A DNA stretch of 64,000 nt from Pseudomonadota bacterium (GTDB taxonomy: Bacteria; Pseudomonadota; Alphaproteobacteria; Azospirillales; Azospirillaceae): the NCBI GenBank assembly GCA_023411035.1, contig JAEYPE010000084.1, positions 132 through 64,131 of the forward strand, given 5' to 3'. The notes under the pieces were generated by a model. That model saw only the letters and a list, made by a program, of their open reading frames with translations, was not told the origin of the DNA and searched no databases. Made by a program: the position numbers and the translations under genes. This document shows positions 9,830-20,658 of the stretch, piece by piece; position 1 is the stretch's first letter; each line of letters starts with the position of its first letter.

Positions 9830-9833
<4 letters not shown>
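9150..9833 (-). CDS. HAD-superfamily hydrolase (phosphatase/beta-phosphoglucomutase-like)
   Basis: HAD motif I is DIDGTLLDS; SNSGRR and [15 protein letters not shown] match motifs II and IV. The start is set to GTG 9833, overlapping the proB stop (GTGA). The rest of tracked ORF 9150..10181 overlaps proB out of frame. Confidence 0.75.
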
Positions 9834-12206
<2,373 letters not shown>

Positions 12207-12263
12207 CTACCGTTTGCGCACCGTCCTCCAACCGCGGGAAGGGGGCCGGTGACCACCACATCA

Positions 12264-12302
12264 ACAAAAGAAAATCGGGGGCCGGTTGCCCGGACCCCCG
12301 AT
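12264..12302 (-). terminator. rho-independent terminator after rpmA
   Basis: On the minus strand: ATCGGGGG-(13 nt)-CCCCCGAT followed by TTTTCTTTTG. Confidence 0.7.
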
Positions 12303-12334
12303 TTATCCGCTTCTACCGTACGGGCCGGACGAGA

Positions 12335-12613
12335 TTACTCGGCCGCGACCGCCGGGACCTCCACCGCCTCGATGGCGACGTAGGTGCGCCCCTGGGCGCT
12401 GTGCTTGAAGGCCACCACGCCGTCCGTCTTGGCGAACAGGGTGTGGTCCTTGCCGATGCCGACGTTCTCACCGGGGTGGAACTTCGTGCCGCGCTGGCGG
12501 ACGATGATGTTGCCGGCGACGACGTTCTCGCCACCGAAGCGCTTCACGCCGAGACGGCGGCCAGCGGAATCGCGGCCGTTGCGCGAGGAGCCGCCTGCTT
12601 TTTTATGGGCCAT
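12335..12613 (-). CDS. rpmA: 50S ribosomal protein L27
   Basis: [29 protein letters not shown]...[14 protein letters not shown]. Confidence 0.95.
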   Translation of the reverse strand: MAHKKAGGSSRNGRDSAGRRLGVKRFGGENVVAGNIIVRQRGTKFHPGENVGIGKDHTLFAKTDGVVAFKHSAQGRTYVAIEAVEVPAVAAE

Positions 12614-12646
12614 GGGGAGTTACTCCTGTGACTGGTCGGCGGCCGT

Positions 12647-12964
12647 TCAGGCGGCGCCGTTGATCCCGGTGATGCGCAGGACGGTCAGGTCCTGGCGATG
12701 GCCGTTCTTACGGCGGTAGTTCTGGCGGCGCTTCTTCTTGAAGACGATGATCTTCGGACCGCGATCCTGGGCGACGACCTCGGCGGTCACAGCAGCGCCG
12801 GCAACCGTCGGGGTGCCCAGGGTGGTGCTGCCGCCGTCGCTGACCATCAGCACGTCGTTGAGCGTGATGGAAGCGCCGGCCTCGGCCTCGAGCTTCTCAA
12901 CGCGGATCACGTCGCCATTGGCGACCTTGTACTGCTTGCCGCCGGTGCGGATCACTGCAAACAT
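12647..12964 (-). CDS. rplU: 50S ribosomal protein L21
   Basis: [14 protein letters not shown]... I chose the start at ATG 12964; the tracked ORF begins at GTG 12973. Confidence 0.93.
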   Translation of the reverse strand: MFAVIRTGGKQYKVANGDVIRVEKLEAEAGASITLNDVLMVSDGGSTTLGTPTVAGAAVTAEVVAQDRGPKIIVFKKKRRQNYRRKNGHRQDLTVLRITGINGAA

Positions 12965-13043
12965 CGTCGTCACTGCCTATCTCAAAACAAACAGAGGGCC
13001 GCTCGCCCACCGTTTGAGGTGCAAGCCCGTTCGTGAGAGCGGG

Positions 13044-13072
13044 GATTTAACCGATGGGCCACCGGGAGTCAA
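13044..13072 (-). promoter_or_regulatory. candidate sigma70-type promoter for rplU-rpmA
   Basis: On the minus strand: TTGACT-17 nt-TAAATC, about 80 nt upstream of rplU. No experimental support. Confidence 0.35.
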
Positions 13073-13172
13073 CAGACATGGTGGCATTTTCGCGTTCATT
13101 TTCCTGCAAACAAGGGCTTGCATCGCCAAAAGCTTTTGGGTAGGTTCCGCGCCACCCCGGAAACGGGGCAGC

Positions 13173-13262
13173 GGATGGGTGGCAGAGCGGTTGAATGCAC
13201 CGCACTCGAAATGCGGCATACCCGCAAGGGTATCGGGAGTTCGAATCTCCCCCCATCCGCCA
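13173..13262 (+). tRNA. tRNA-Ser (anticodon CGA)
   Basis: I folded it by eye. The acceptor stem is GGATGGG/CCCATCC and the anticodon stem is CCGCA/TGCGG with loop CTCGAAA. The long variable arm is ATACCC-GCAA-GGGTAT and the T-arm is GGGAG-TTCGAAT-CTCCC. CCA is encoded. Confidence 0.9.
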
Positions 13263-13287
13263 CTCTCCTTCGAGCGAACGCTCATGA

Positions 13288-13321
13288 AGAAGCCTCTCCC
13301 TGCGGAGAGGCTTCTTTCGTT
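13288..13321. terminator. bidirectional-looking intrinsic terminator (tRNA-Ser and hydrolase gene)
   Basis: GAAGCCTCTCC-ctgc-GGAGAGGCTTC followed by TTTCGTTT. Confidence 0.7.
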
Positions 13322-13328
13322 TCCGGCT

Positions 13329-14171
13329 TCAGGTGGCTTTGATCATGCCCAGCGCCGCTTCGAACAGCGCGCTGCCTGGTTCGGCGAAGCGGTCCACCAC
13401 GCTGAAATGGTGGGCGCCCGGCTCCACGATCTCCCGCACCGCGTTGCCCTGCGCGGCCCAGGCCAGGACGTAGTCCGCCTGCTGGCGGTGCATGGCGTCG
13501 GTCTCAAGGCCGCCCAGCGCCGGCATCAGCAGCGGGGCCGGGGCGGGAACGGCGTGGATCGGGCTCAGCCGCCGCGCCGAGTCGGGATCGAGCCGCAACT
13601 GCTCGTTCACCTCGAAGCCCAGCAGCGGTTCCAGGTCGTAGATGCCGCTGATCGGGATGCCGCCCGCCACGCGGTCGCGGTTTTCCGAGACCAGCTTCGC
13701 CGTCAGGTGGCCGCCCGCCGAATGGCCGGACACCACCACCCGCCGCGAATCGCCGCCAAAGTCCGCCGCGTTGGCGATCACCCAGTCCAGACCGGCCTGG
13801 GCGTGGCCGCACAGTTCGTCCATCGTCACGTCCGGGCACAGGCCGTAGCCGAGCAGGACCACCGCCACCCCGCGCTCCACATAGGGCGCGGCGATGAAGG
13901 AGTGCAGGTCCTTCGACAGCGCCCGCCAGTAGCCGCCATGGATGAAGACCAGCACCGGCGCGTCCTTACCGGCGGGGAAGACGTCCACGCGCTGGCGCGG
14001 GTGCGGGCCGGTGGGGATGTCGTACCGCCCGCCGAGCCGTGCGCGCACCGCCTCGCTTTCCGCCTGCCAGCGGGCGAAGAAGTCCGGATGCTCCGGCACC
14101 AGCTTGCGGAAATTGTACTGGCGGTCGATCTCGGCGGCGGTCATGCCGCTGTACAAGGCTTCAGACGCCAA
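13329..14171 (-). CDS. alpha/beta-fold hydrolase (arylformamidase/esterase-like)
   Basis: HGG oxyanion motif (VFIHGGYW) and nucleophile elbow GHSAGG. The first 11 nt overlap the livF stop; ATG 14144 is an alternative start. Confidence 0.7.
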   Translation of the reverse strand: MASEALYSGMTAAEIDRQYNFRKLVPEHPDFFARWQAESEAVRARLGGRYDIPTGPHPRQRVDVFPAGKDAPVLVFIHGGYWRALSKDLHSFIAAPYVERGVAVVLLGYGLCPDVTMDELCGHAQAGLDWVIANAADFGGDSRRVVVSGHSAGGHLTAKLVSENRDRVAGGIPISGIYDLEPLLGFEVNEQLRLDPDSARRLSPIHAVPAPAPLLMPALGGLETDAMHRQQADYVLAWAAQGNAVREIVEPGAHHFSVVDRFAEPGSALFEAALGMIKAT

Positions 14172-14862
14172 GATAGCGCTCCTTCAGGGTGGGGTCGGCC
14201 AGCAGGGCGGCGGAACTGCCGGACCACACCAGCCGCCCTTTCTCGATGACGTGATGGCGGTCGGCGAATCGCGCCAGGGCGGACACGTTCTTGTCCACCA
14301 CCAGGATCGCCTGCCCCTCGTCCTTCAGGCGGGCGAGGCAGTCCCAGATCTCCTGCCGCACCAGCGGGGCCAGCCCCTCGGTCGCTTCGTCCAGGATCAG
14401 CAGCTTCGGGTTGGTCATCAGGGCGCGCCCGATGGCGAGCATCTGCTGCTCCCCGCCCGACAGGTTGCGGGCGAGGTTGCCGGCGCGTTCGGCCAGCCGG
14501 GGGAAGAGGGCGTGCACCCGTTCCACCGTCCAGGGATCGGCCCGCCCGAAGCGGTTGGCGGCGGTGGCGATCAGGTTCTCCCGCACGGTCAGGGTGGGGA
14601 AGACCTGCCGCCCCTCCGGCACCAGGGCGATGCCGGCCCGCGCGATGCGGTGCGGCGGGCGGCCCGCGATCTCATCGCCTTCGAAGGTGATGGACCCGCC
14701 GGTTGGCGCCACCAGACCCATGATGGACTTGATGGTCGTGGTCTTGCCCATGCCGTTGCGGCCCATCAGCGTCACGGCCTCCCCCGCATCGACAAAAATC
14801 TCCATGCCGAACAGGGCCTGGCTGCTGCCGTAGGCGGCGGTCAGGTTGGCGACGCGCAGCAT
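14161..14862 (-). CDS. livF: HAAT-family (Liv-type) ABC transporter ATP-binding protein
   Basis: Walker A GRNGMGKTT, signature LSGGEQQML and Walker B LLILDE, with LivF-like length (233 aa). Confidence 0.85.
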   Translation of the reverse strand: MLRVANLTAAYGSSQALFGMEIFVDAGEAVTLMGRNGMGKTTTIKSIMGLVAPTGGSITFEGDEIAGRPPHRIARAGIALVPEGRQVFPTLTVRENLIATAANRFGRADPWTVERVHALFPRLAERAGNLARNLSGGEQQMLAIGRALMTNPKLLILDEATEGLAPLVRQEIWDCLARLKDEGQAILVVDKNVSALARFADRHHVIEKGRLVWSGSSAALLADPTLKERYLGV

Positions 14863-15620
14863 CAGGCGGCCTCCAGTTCGTCACCGAGATAGGCGTCGCG
14901 CACCGCCGGGTCGTTGCGGATCTGCGCCGGGGTTCCGCTGGCGAGGTCCTTGCCGCGCACCAGCACGGTGATGCGGTCGGCCAGCGCGAAGACGGCGTCC
15001 ATGTCGTGCTCCACCAGCAGGATCGTCACGCCGCCCTTCAGCTCCTGCAGCAGCTCGACCATGCGGGCGGAGTCCTCCGGCCCCATGCCGGCCATCGGCT
15101 CGTCCAGCAGCAGCAGCTTCGGCCCGGTCGCCAGCGCCATCGCCAGCTCAAGCTGCCGCTTCTCGCCATGGGCCAGCGCGTCGGCGCGGGTATCGGCCCG
15201 CGCGCCCAGGCCCACCCGCTCCAGCACCGCGCGGGCGGGCTCGGCCAGCCGGCGGTCGCGCGCGGCGTCGCGCCAGAAGCGGAAGCTGTGCCCGGCGTGC
15301 GCCTGCACCGCCAGCGCCACGTTGTCCAGCGCCGTGAAGCTGGGGAAGATCGAGGTGATCTGGAAGCTGCGCGCCAGCCCGCGCTGCGCCCGCTTGTGCA
15401 CCGGCAGGCGGGTCACGTCGCGCCCGTCGAACAGGATGGTTCCCGAGTCGGGCGTCAGTTCTCCCGACAACTGGCCGATCAGGGTGGTCTTGCCCGCTCC
15501 GTTGGGGCCGATCAGGGCGTGGAGTTCCCCCTCCGCCACGGAGAGCGAGAGGCCGTCGGTGGCGGCCAGACCGCCGAAGCGCTTGACCAGCGACTCGGTG
15601 CTCAGCAGCGGGCGGTTCAT
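14862..15620 (-). CDS. livG: HAAT-family (Liv-type) ABC transporter ATP-binding protein
   Basis: The C-terminal 252 aa of tracked ORF 14862..16697 start MNRPLLSTESLVKRFGGL. GPNGAGKTT and LLLLDEPMAGM are present. The ATGA overlap with the livM stop lies at 15617-15620. Confidence 0.85.
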   Translation of the reverse strand: MNRPLLSTESLVKRFGGLAATDGLSLSVAEGELHALIGPNGAGKTTLIGQLSGELTPDSGTILFDGRDVTRLPVHKRAQRGLARSFQITSIFPSFTALDNVALAVQAHAGHSFRFWRDAARDRRLAEPARAVLERVGLGARADTRADALAHGEKRQLELAMALATGPKLLLLDEPMAGMGPEDSARMVELLQELKGGVTILLVEHDMDAVFALADRITVLVRGKDLASGTPAQIRNDPAVRDAYLGDELEAA

Positions 15621-16636
15621 GAACGCCTCCCGGCGACGACGCCCCACAATCCTTTTCGGGCGTACAGCACCAGCAGGATCAGCACCGGCCCCAGGACGAT
15701 CTTCCAGTGTTCGCCCAGCCCGGCATGGGCGAGGTCCATCAGCTCCGGAACGAACTCCTCCAGCAGAAGAAGCGCCGCGGCGCCCAGCACCGGGCCGATC
15801 AGCGTGCCGATGCCGCCCAGGACGACCATCACGATCAGGTCGCCCGACCGGCTCCAATGCAGATATTGCGGCCCGACGAACATCGTCGCGTTGGCGAGCA
15901 GCGCCCCGGCCAGCCCGGCCAGCGCCCCGGCGATGACGAAGGCGGCCAGCTTGTAGCGGGTGACCGGATAGCCCAGAGCGGCCATGCGCCGCTCGTTGTC
16001 CTTGGCGCCGCGGATGACCCGCCCGAAGCGGGAATTGACCAGCCGCCAGCCCAGCGCCAGAGCCGCCACCAGCAGCCCCAGCACCACGTAATAGAAGGTG
16101 GTGTGGTCGGCGATGTTCAGCGGGGCGGGCAGGGTGGACCGGCTCCACAGCGCGATGCCGTCGTCCCCGCCGTAAGCCTTCAGCCCGGTCATCAGGTAGA
16201 ACAGCATCTGGGCGAAGGCCAGCGTGATCATGATGAAGGGCACGCCGGTGGTGCGCAGCGAGATCGCTCCCACCGGCAGCGCGGCCAGCGCCCCCGCCAG
16301 CATGGCCAGCGGCCAGACGATCAGCCCGTTCACCGTGCCGGGAAGGCCGAACAGGGTCGAACCGTCCGACTGATGGGCGAACAGGATGCCGACCACATAG
16401 CCGCCGATGCCGACGAAGGCCGCGTGCCCGAAGCTGACCATCCCGCCGAAGCCGAGGATCAGGTCCAGGCTGACGGCGGCCAGGGCGAAGACCAGGATGC
16501 GCGTCGCCAGCCGCACGTAGAAGGGCTCTCCCATCCAGTCGGCGACGGTGGGCAGGGCCAAAGCCGCGGCCAGCAGGATCAGCAGGGCGATGCGGGGACG
16601 GGTGAACAGGTCGGTTCGGGTCTCTGTGCGGGGCAT
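15617..16636 (-). CDS. livM: HAAT-family (Liv-type) ABC transporter permease
   Basis: Polytopic permease with LDLILGFGGMVSFGHAAFVGIGGY. The start is placed at ATG 16636 (MPRTETR); the tracked ORF extends to 16717. Confidence 0.8.
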   Translation of the reverse strand: MPRTETRTDLFTRPRIALLILLAAALALPTVADWMGEPFYVRLATRILVFALAAVSLDLILGFGGMVSFGHAAFVGIGGYVVGILFAHQSDGSTLFGLPGTVNGLIVWPLAMLAGALAALPVGAISLRTTGVPFIMITLAFAQMLFYLMTGLKAYGGDDGIALWSRSTLPAPLNIADHTTFYYVVLGLLVAALALGWRLVNSRFGRVIRGAKDNERRMAALGYPVTRYKLAAFVIAGALAGLAGALLANATMFVGPQYLHWSRSGDLIVMVVLGGIGTLIGPVLGAAALLLLEEFVPELMDLAHAGLGEHWKIVLGPVLILLVLYARKGLWGVVAGRRS

Positions 16637-16770
16637 GGAGGGCCGGAAGGAGGGCTGTCGGGACGGTCGCCCGATGGGTATATCCATCTTTTCGCACAGT
16701 TGGGCGGCCTTGAACACAAAAGCCGGACCAAAGGGTTGCGCCCTACCGCCTTCGATCCCGCTGCCGTCGG

Positions 16771-18225
16771 CTACGCCCGTCTCCGCAGCGCCTTCACCTT
16801 GGCCTTCATGAGCATCTGCTTTTCGGTGCAGCGCCTCATATGTTCGGGAACGTCGGAGTCCTCCCCCACCACGGCGCCGCCGACATAGGCCGCTCCGGCC
16901 TCGGTGGCGGCCTGCAATTGCACGGCGTTCCGCACGCCGTCCAGATAGGCGAACAGGCCGTGCTTGCGCGGCAGCGGGCAGAAGGACTGGATTTTCTCGA
17001 TGCAGCGCTGGTCGCCGTCCCGGAAGTCCATGGACAGCCCCACCCCCTTGATGCCGGCGTTCGCGTAGGTCGGTATGTCGGTGTTTTCCTCACGCAGGAT
17101 GACGATGATGGCGCGCCCGAACGGACGCAGCATGGTGACCATCTCCGCCAGCCGTCCGTAGGGAATGCCCGGCGGCAGCCCTTCCAGTTCGAAAGCCAGG
17201 AAGGGAATCAGATAGCTCGGGATCATCCGGCAGGACTGGAGATATTCCCGCCGGCGCCGGGTCGAGGCAATGGTTTCAAAATGAACGGGGATGGTCTGGG
17301 CGTAACGGAATTTGTTCTTGTACAGCTCGTTGTAGGTGCTGATGGCGTGGCACAGGGTTTCCATATCGTAATCGAAAATGGATTCTTCCTGCAGGGTGTC
17401 GTCCATCGTGAACTGGTTTATGTAGCGGCAGGTGTGGATGTCCGGACGGCAGGTATAGGTGGAGATCACCTTGTTCTTCACGTCGTAGATCGGGCGGAAA
17501 AGCACCTTCGGCTGCGCCGACGATTCGCCGTTGTCCAGGGCGAAGTCGGCCAGCGAGGGCCGCCGCCGCTCCTCGGCCTGCGGCTGGGCTGCCAAGCTCT
17601 CCTTTTGCGGGCCATCCTTTTGCAGGAGGCCCGCTTGCGGCTGGGCCGCCGCGTCGGGCCGGTCCGCGGGGCGCCCCTGCTGGCTGGCCGCTTGCACCAG
17701 AAGCTCGTTCAGGCGGGTGCTGCCGACCGCGATGCTGCCGTCGATTTCCATCAGTGCGGTCTTGACGGTGATCCGGCTGGTGTCGCTGTGGCCGAGCAGC
17801 GCCTGATGCAGGGTTTCGACGATCTTGCCGCAAATCAGCTGCGCGGCCTGTATGTCCGCATTGGCGAACACGATGATGTATTGGGAATCGCCTTGCCGGA
17901 ACCATACGTCCTGGCTGGACAGGACCTTTTCGAGCAGACGGCCGGTGTAGTCCTGCACCCGTTCCTTCACGCTCTCCCATCGCTTTCCCAACTGGTCCCG
18001 AATGTCCTCCAGGCCGATCAGATAGACGCCGCCGGCGGTGATCTTCCGTCCGCTGGTGAGGATTTCCTTGGCCCGATCCCGGAACGCCGCATCGTTCAAG
18101 TGGCAGGACGACCGGCATTCAGCCGCTTTGGTGGCGCTGCTGCAGTGGCAGGTGGGGCCGGAACAGGAGGACACGGCGCGTCCGTCCGGGGGGGAGGGCT
18201 TGGGGGGCGAATGTATTTCATTCAC
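16771..18225 (-). CDS. cytoplasmic protein with Cys-rich N-terminus and degenerate GGDEF-like and EAL-like domains; function unknown
   Basis: 484 aa. GTG 18225 is preceded by AAGGGAG. RQGDSQYIIVF sits where RxGGDEFxxL is expected. FRPIYDVKNKVISTYTCRP sits where YQPI..EAL.R is expected. LAFELEG resembles ELTE, and YLDGVRNAVQLQAATEAGAAYVGG resembles AEGVE..QG. The gene is visibly lower in GC than the flanking liv genes. Confidence 0.6.
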   Translation of the reverse strand: MNEIHSPPKPSPPDGRAVSSCSGPTCHCSSATKAAECRSSCHLNDAAFRDRAKEILTSGRKITAGGVYLIGLEDIRDQLGKRWESVKERVQDYTGRLLEKVLSSQDVWFRQGDSQYIIVFANADIQAAQLICGKIVETLHQALLGHSDTSRITVKTALMEIDGSIAVGSTRLNELLVQAASQQGRPADRPDAAAQPQAGLLQKDGPQKESLAAQPQAEERRRPSLADFALDNGESSAQPKVLFRPIYDVKNKVISTYTCRPDIHTCRYINQFTMDDTLQEESIFDYDMETLCHAISTYNELYKNKFRYAQTIPVHFETIASTRRRREYLQSCRMIPSYLIPFLAFELEGLPPGIPYGRLAEMVTMLRPFGRAIIVILREENTDIPTYANAGIKGVGLSMDFRDGDQRCIEKIQSFCPLPRKHGLFAYLDGVRNAVQLQAATEAGAAYVGGAVVGEDSDVPEHMRRCTEKQMLMKAKVKALRRRA

Positions 18226-18504
18226 GGCGATGGCTCCCTTGCAACCACGGGAAGTCGATGTGCCGGTATGGGCGGGCCTCCGGAACGTTGTTCTTGCCGA
18301 TAATAATATTGTTGGAAGAATTGCCGAAGCGTTAACTTCTGAAGCTTGCCGCTGTGCTGCCGGAAGCGGGCCGGAACCGATTCTATTCGGTGCCGTATGG
18401 CGTCCGCCGCGGGCCGCTGCTTCCGCTGGACGCCCATCGGAGCGACCTGCTGCCGGAACGGCGGCGTGATCCCGTTCGTGATCGGGGGCGACCTTGGCGG
18501 TTCC

Positions 18505-19419
18505 TCAATGGGCGGGGAACAGCCCCTTGGGCCGGATCGCCAGCACCACCGCCATCAGCACATAGATCGCCATGGAGGCCAGCGCGGCCCCGGCGGCGCT
18601 CGCGCTGGCCGCATCCATCACCAGCCGGAAGGCGGCGGGCAGCAGGGCGCGGCCCAGCGTGTCCACCATGCCGACCAGCAGGGCGCCGGCCAGCGCCCCG
18701 CGGATCGACCCGATGCCGCCGATCACGATGACCACGAAGGTCAGGATCAGGATCTGCTCCCCCATGCCGACCTGCACGGCCAGCACCGGCCCGGCCATGG
18801 CGCCGGCCAGCCCGGCCAGCCCGCAGCCCAGCGCGAAGACCAGCCCGAACAGCAGCCGGACATCCACCCCCAGCGCCATCACCATCTCGCGGTTGGTGGC
18901 CCCGGCGCGGATCAGCATCCCGACCCGCGTCCGCGCGATCAGAAGCCACAGGAACACCGCCACCGCGATGCCCACGGCCAGGATCGCCAGCCGGAAGGCC
19001 GGGTATTTCAGCCCGAACAGGTCCACCGTCCCGGCCAGCGCCGCGGGCGGATTCAGGAAGATGGGCACCGGGCCGAAGATGATCTTCACCAGCTCGTTGA
19101 AGAACAGGATCAGCCCGAAGGTCGCCAGCACTTGGTCCAGGTGGTCGCGGCGGTAGAGCGTGCGCAGCGCCACCGCCTCCACCACCAGCCCCAGCAGCGC
19201 CGTCAGCAGCACCGCCGCCGCCAGCGCCAGCGGGAAGCTGTCCAGCACCGGCACCAGCGCCGCCGTCAGGTAGGCGCCGACCATGTAGAAGGTGCCGTGG
19301 GCGAGGTTGATGAGGTCCATGATGCCGAAGACGAGCGTCAGCCCGGCGGCCATCAGGAACAGCATCACGCCAAGCTGAAGCCCGTTCAGCCCCTGTTCGG
19401 CGAGGAGGAGCGCATCCAT
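18505..19419 (-). CDS. livH: HAAT-family (Liv-type) ABC transporter permease
   Basis: MDALLLAEQGLNGLQLGVMLFLMAAGLTLVFGIMDLINLAHGTFYMVGAY is a typical LivH N-terminus. Confidence 0.85.
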   Translation of the reverse strand: MDALLLAEQGLNGLQLGVMLFLMAAGLTLVFGIMDLINLAHGTFYMVGAYLTAALVPVLDSFPLALAAAVLLTALLGLVVEAVALRTLYRRDHLDQVLATFGLILFFNELVKIIFGPVPIFLNPPAALAGTVDLFGLKYPAFRLAILAVGIAVAVFLWLLIARTRVGMLIRAGATNREMVMALGVDVRLLFGLVFALGCGLAGLAGAMAGPVLAVQVGMGEQILILTFVVIVIGGIGSIRGALAGALLVGMVDTLGRALLPAAFRLVMDAASASAAGAALASMAIYVLMAVVLAIRPKGLFPAH

Positions 19420-19441
19420 GGTCCGGCGTCCCGCTACCGGC

Positions 19442-20608
19442 TTACTTCATCCGGCAGTCTTTGGCGTAGGCGTCGGCGTGGTTGGCGAAGACCGTGGCGA
19501 CGGTCTTGTTGGTCACCGCACCGTCCGCACCCTTCACCACTTCGCGCAGGTAGATGTTGTGGATCGGGTAATGGTTGGTGTTGAAGGCCACCTCGCCGCG
19601 CAGGCTCTCCAGCTTGGCCGTGCGCAGCGCCGCCCGCAGCTTGTCCTTGTCCTTCAGGTCGCCGCCGACCGCCTTCACCGCCGAGTCGATCAGCAGTGCC
19701 GTGTCGTAGCCCTGGGCGGCGTACATGGACGGGATGCGCCCGTACTTGGCCTTGAAGTCGGCGACGAACTTCCGGTTGGCGGCGTTGTCGAGATCCGGGC
19801 TCCACTGGGCGGAGTTCTTGACGCCGAGAGCGGACTCGCCGACCGCCGCCAGGATGTCCTGGTCGAAGGAGAAGCCGGGGCCGAACAGCGGCACGGCACC
19901 CTTCAGCCCGGCCTGCTCATACTGCTTGATGAAGTTGATGCCCATGCCGCCGGGGTAGAAGACGTAAACGGCGTCCGGACCGGCGGCCTTGAGCTGCGCC
20001 AGCTCCGCCGCGTAGTCGAGCTGCCCGACCTGGGTATAGACCTCGCCCGCGACCTCGCCCTTGTAGTAGCGCTTGAAGCCGGCCAGACCGTCCTTGCCCG
20101 CCGGGTAGTTGGGGGCCATCAGATAGACCTTCTTGAAGCCCTGGTCCTGGACATGCTTGCCCACGGCCTCGTGGATCTGGTCGTTCTGGTAGGCGGCGTT
20201 GAAGAAGTACGGGTTGCACTGCGCGCCCGCCAACTGCGACGGGCCGGCGTTCGGGCTGATGAAGAAGGTCTGCCCGCCGGCCAGCGTCGGCAGCATCGCC
20301 AGCGCGAGGTTCGACCAGACCACGCCGGTCACCACCTGCACGCGGTCGCGCTCCACCATGCGGTTGGCGAGGCCGACGGCGACGTCCGGCTTCTGCTGGT
20401 CGTCGGCCTCGATCACCTGGGTGTCCTGCCCGCCCAGCTTGCCGCCCGCATGGTCCACCGCCAGCGCGAAGCCGTCGCGGATGTCGATGCCCAGACCGGC
20501 GCCGGGGCCGGACAGGGTGGTGATCATGCCGATCTTCAGCGTGTCCGCCGCCACCGGGGTGGCGAGCAGGGCCAGCGCGGAGGCCAGCGTAAGCAGGTTG
20601 CGGGTCAT
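19442..20608 (-). CDS. ABC transporter periplasmic substrate-binding protein (LivJ/K-like, type I PBP)
   Basis: The real start is ATG 20608 (MTRNLLTLASALALLATPVAADTLKIGMITTLSGPGAGLG), with GGAGG upstream. The 96-codon N-terminal extension in the tracked ORF overlaps the neighbouring gene. Confidence 0.85.
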   Translation of the reverse strand: MTRNLLTLASALALLATPVAADTLKIGMITTLSGPGAGLGIDIRDGFALAVDHAGGKLGGQDTQVIEADDQQKPDVAVGLANRMVERDRVQVVTGVVWSNLALAMLPTLAGGQTFFISPNAGPSQLAGAQCNPYFFNAAYQNDQIHEAVGKHVQDQGFKKVYLMAPNYPAGKDGLAGFKRYYKGEVAGEVYTQVGQLDYAAELAQLKAAGPDAVYVFYPGGMGINFIKQYEQAGLKGAVPLFGPGFSFDQDILAAVGESALGVKNSAQWSPDLDNAANRKFVADFKAKYGRIPSMYAAQGYDTALLIDSAVKAVGGDLKDKDKLRAALRTAKLESLRGEVAFNTNHYPIHNIYLREVVKGADGAVTNKTVATVFANHADAYAKDCRMK

Positions 20609-20658
20609 GACGGTCCAGCCTCCAGAGGATTTTGATTGATTTATAGGTAGCGCGAAGT

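Noticed and set aside
13173-14171. Genomic island or prophage integrated at tRNA-Ser
   Set aside because: No integrase, no direct repeat of the tRNA 3' end and no phage genes lie downstream. The flanking genes have native composition.
14862-16697. 611-aa ORF suggesting a fused permease-ATPase
   Set aside because: Only the C-terminal 252 aa (LivG) are real. The N-terminal part is an out-of-frame overlap of livM, which is encoded by ORF 15617..16717 with an ATGA junction.
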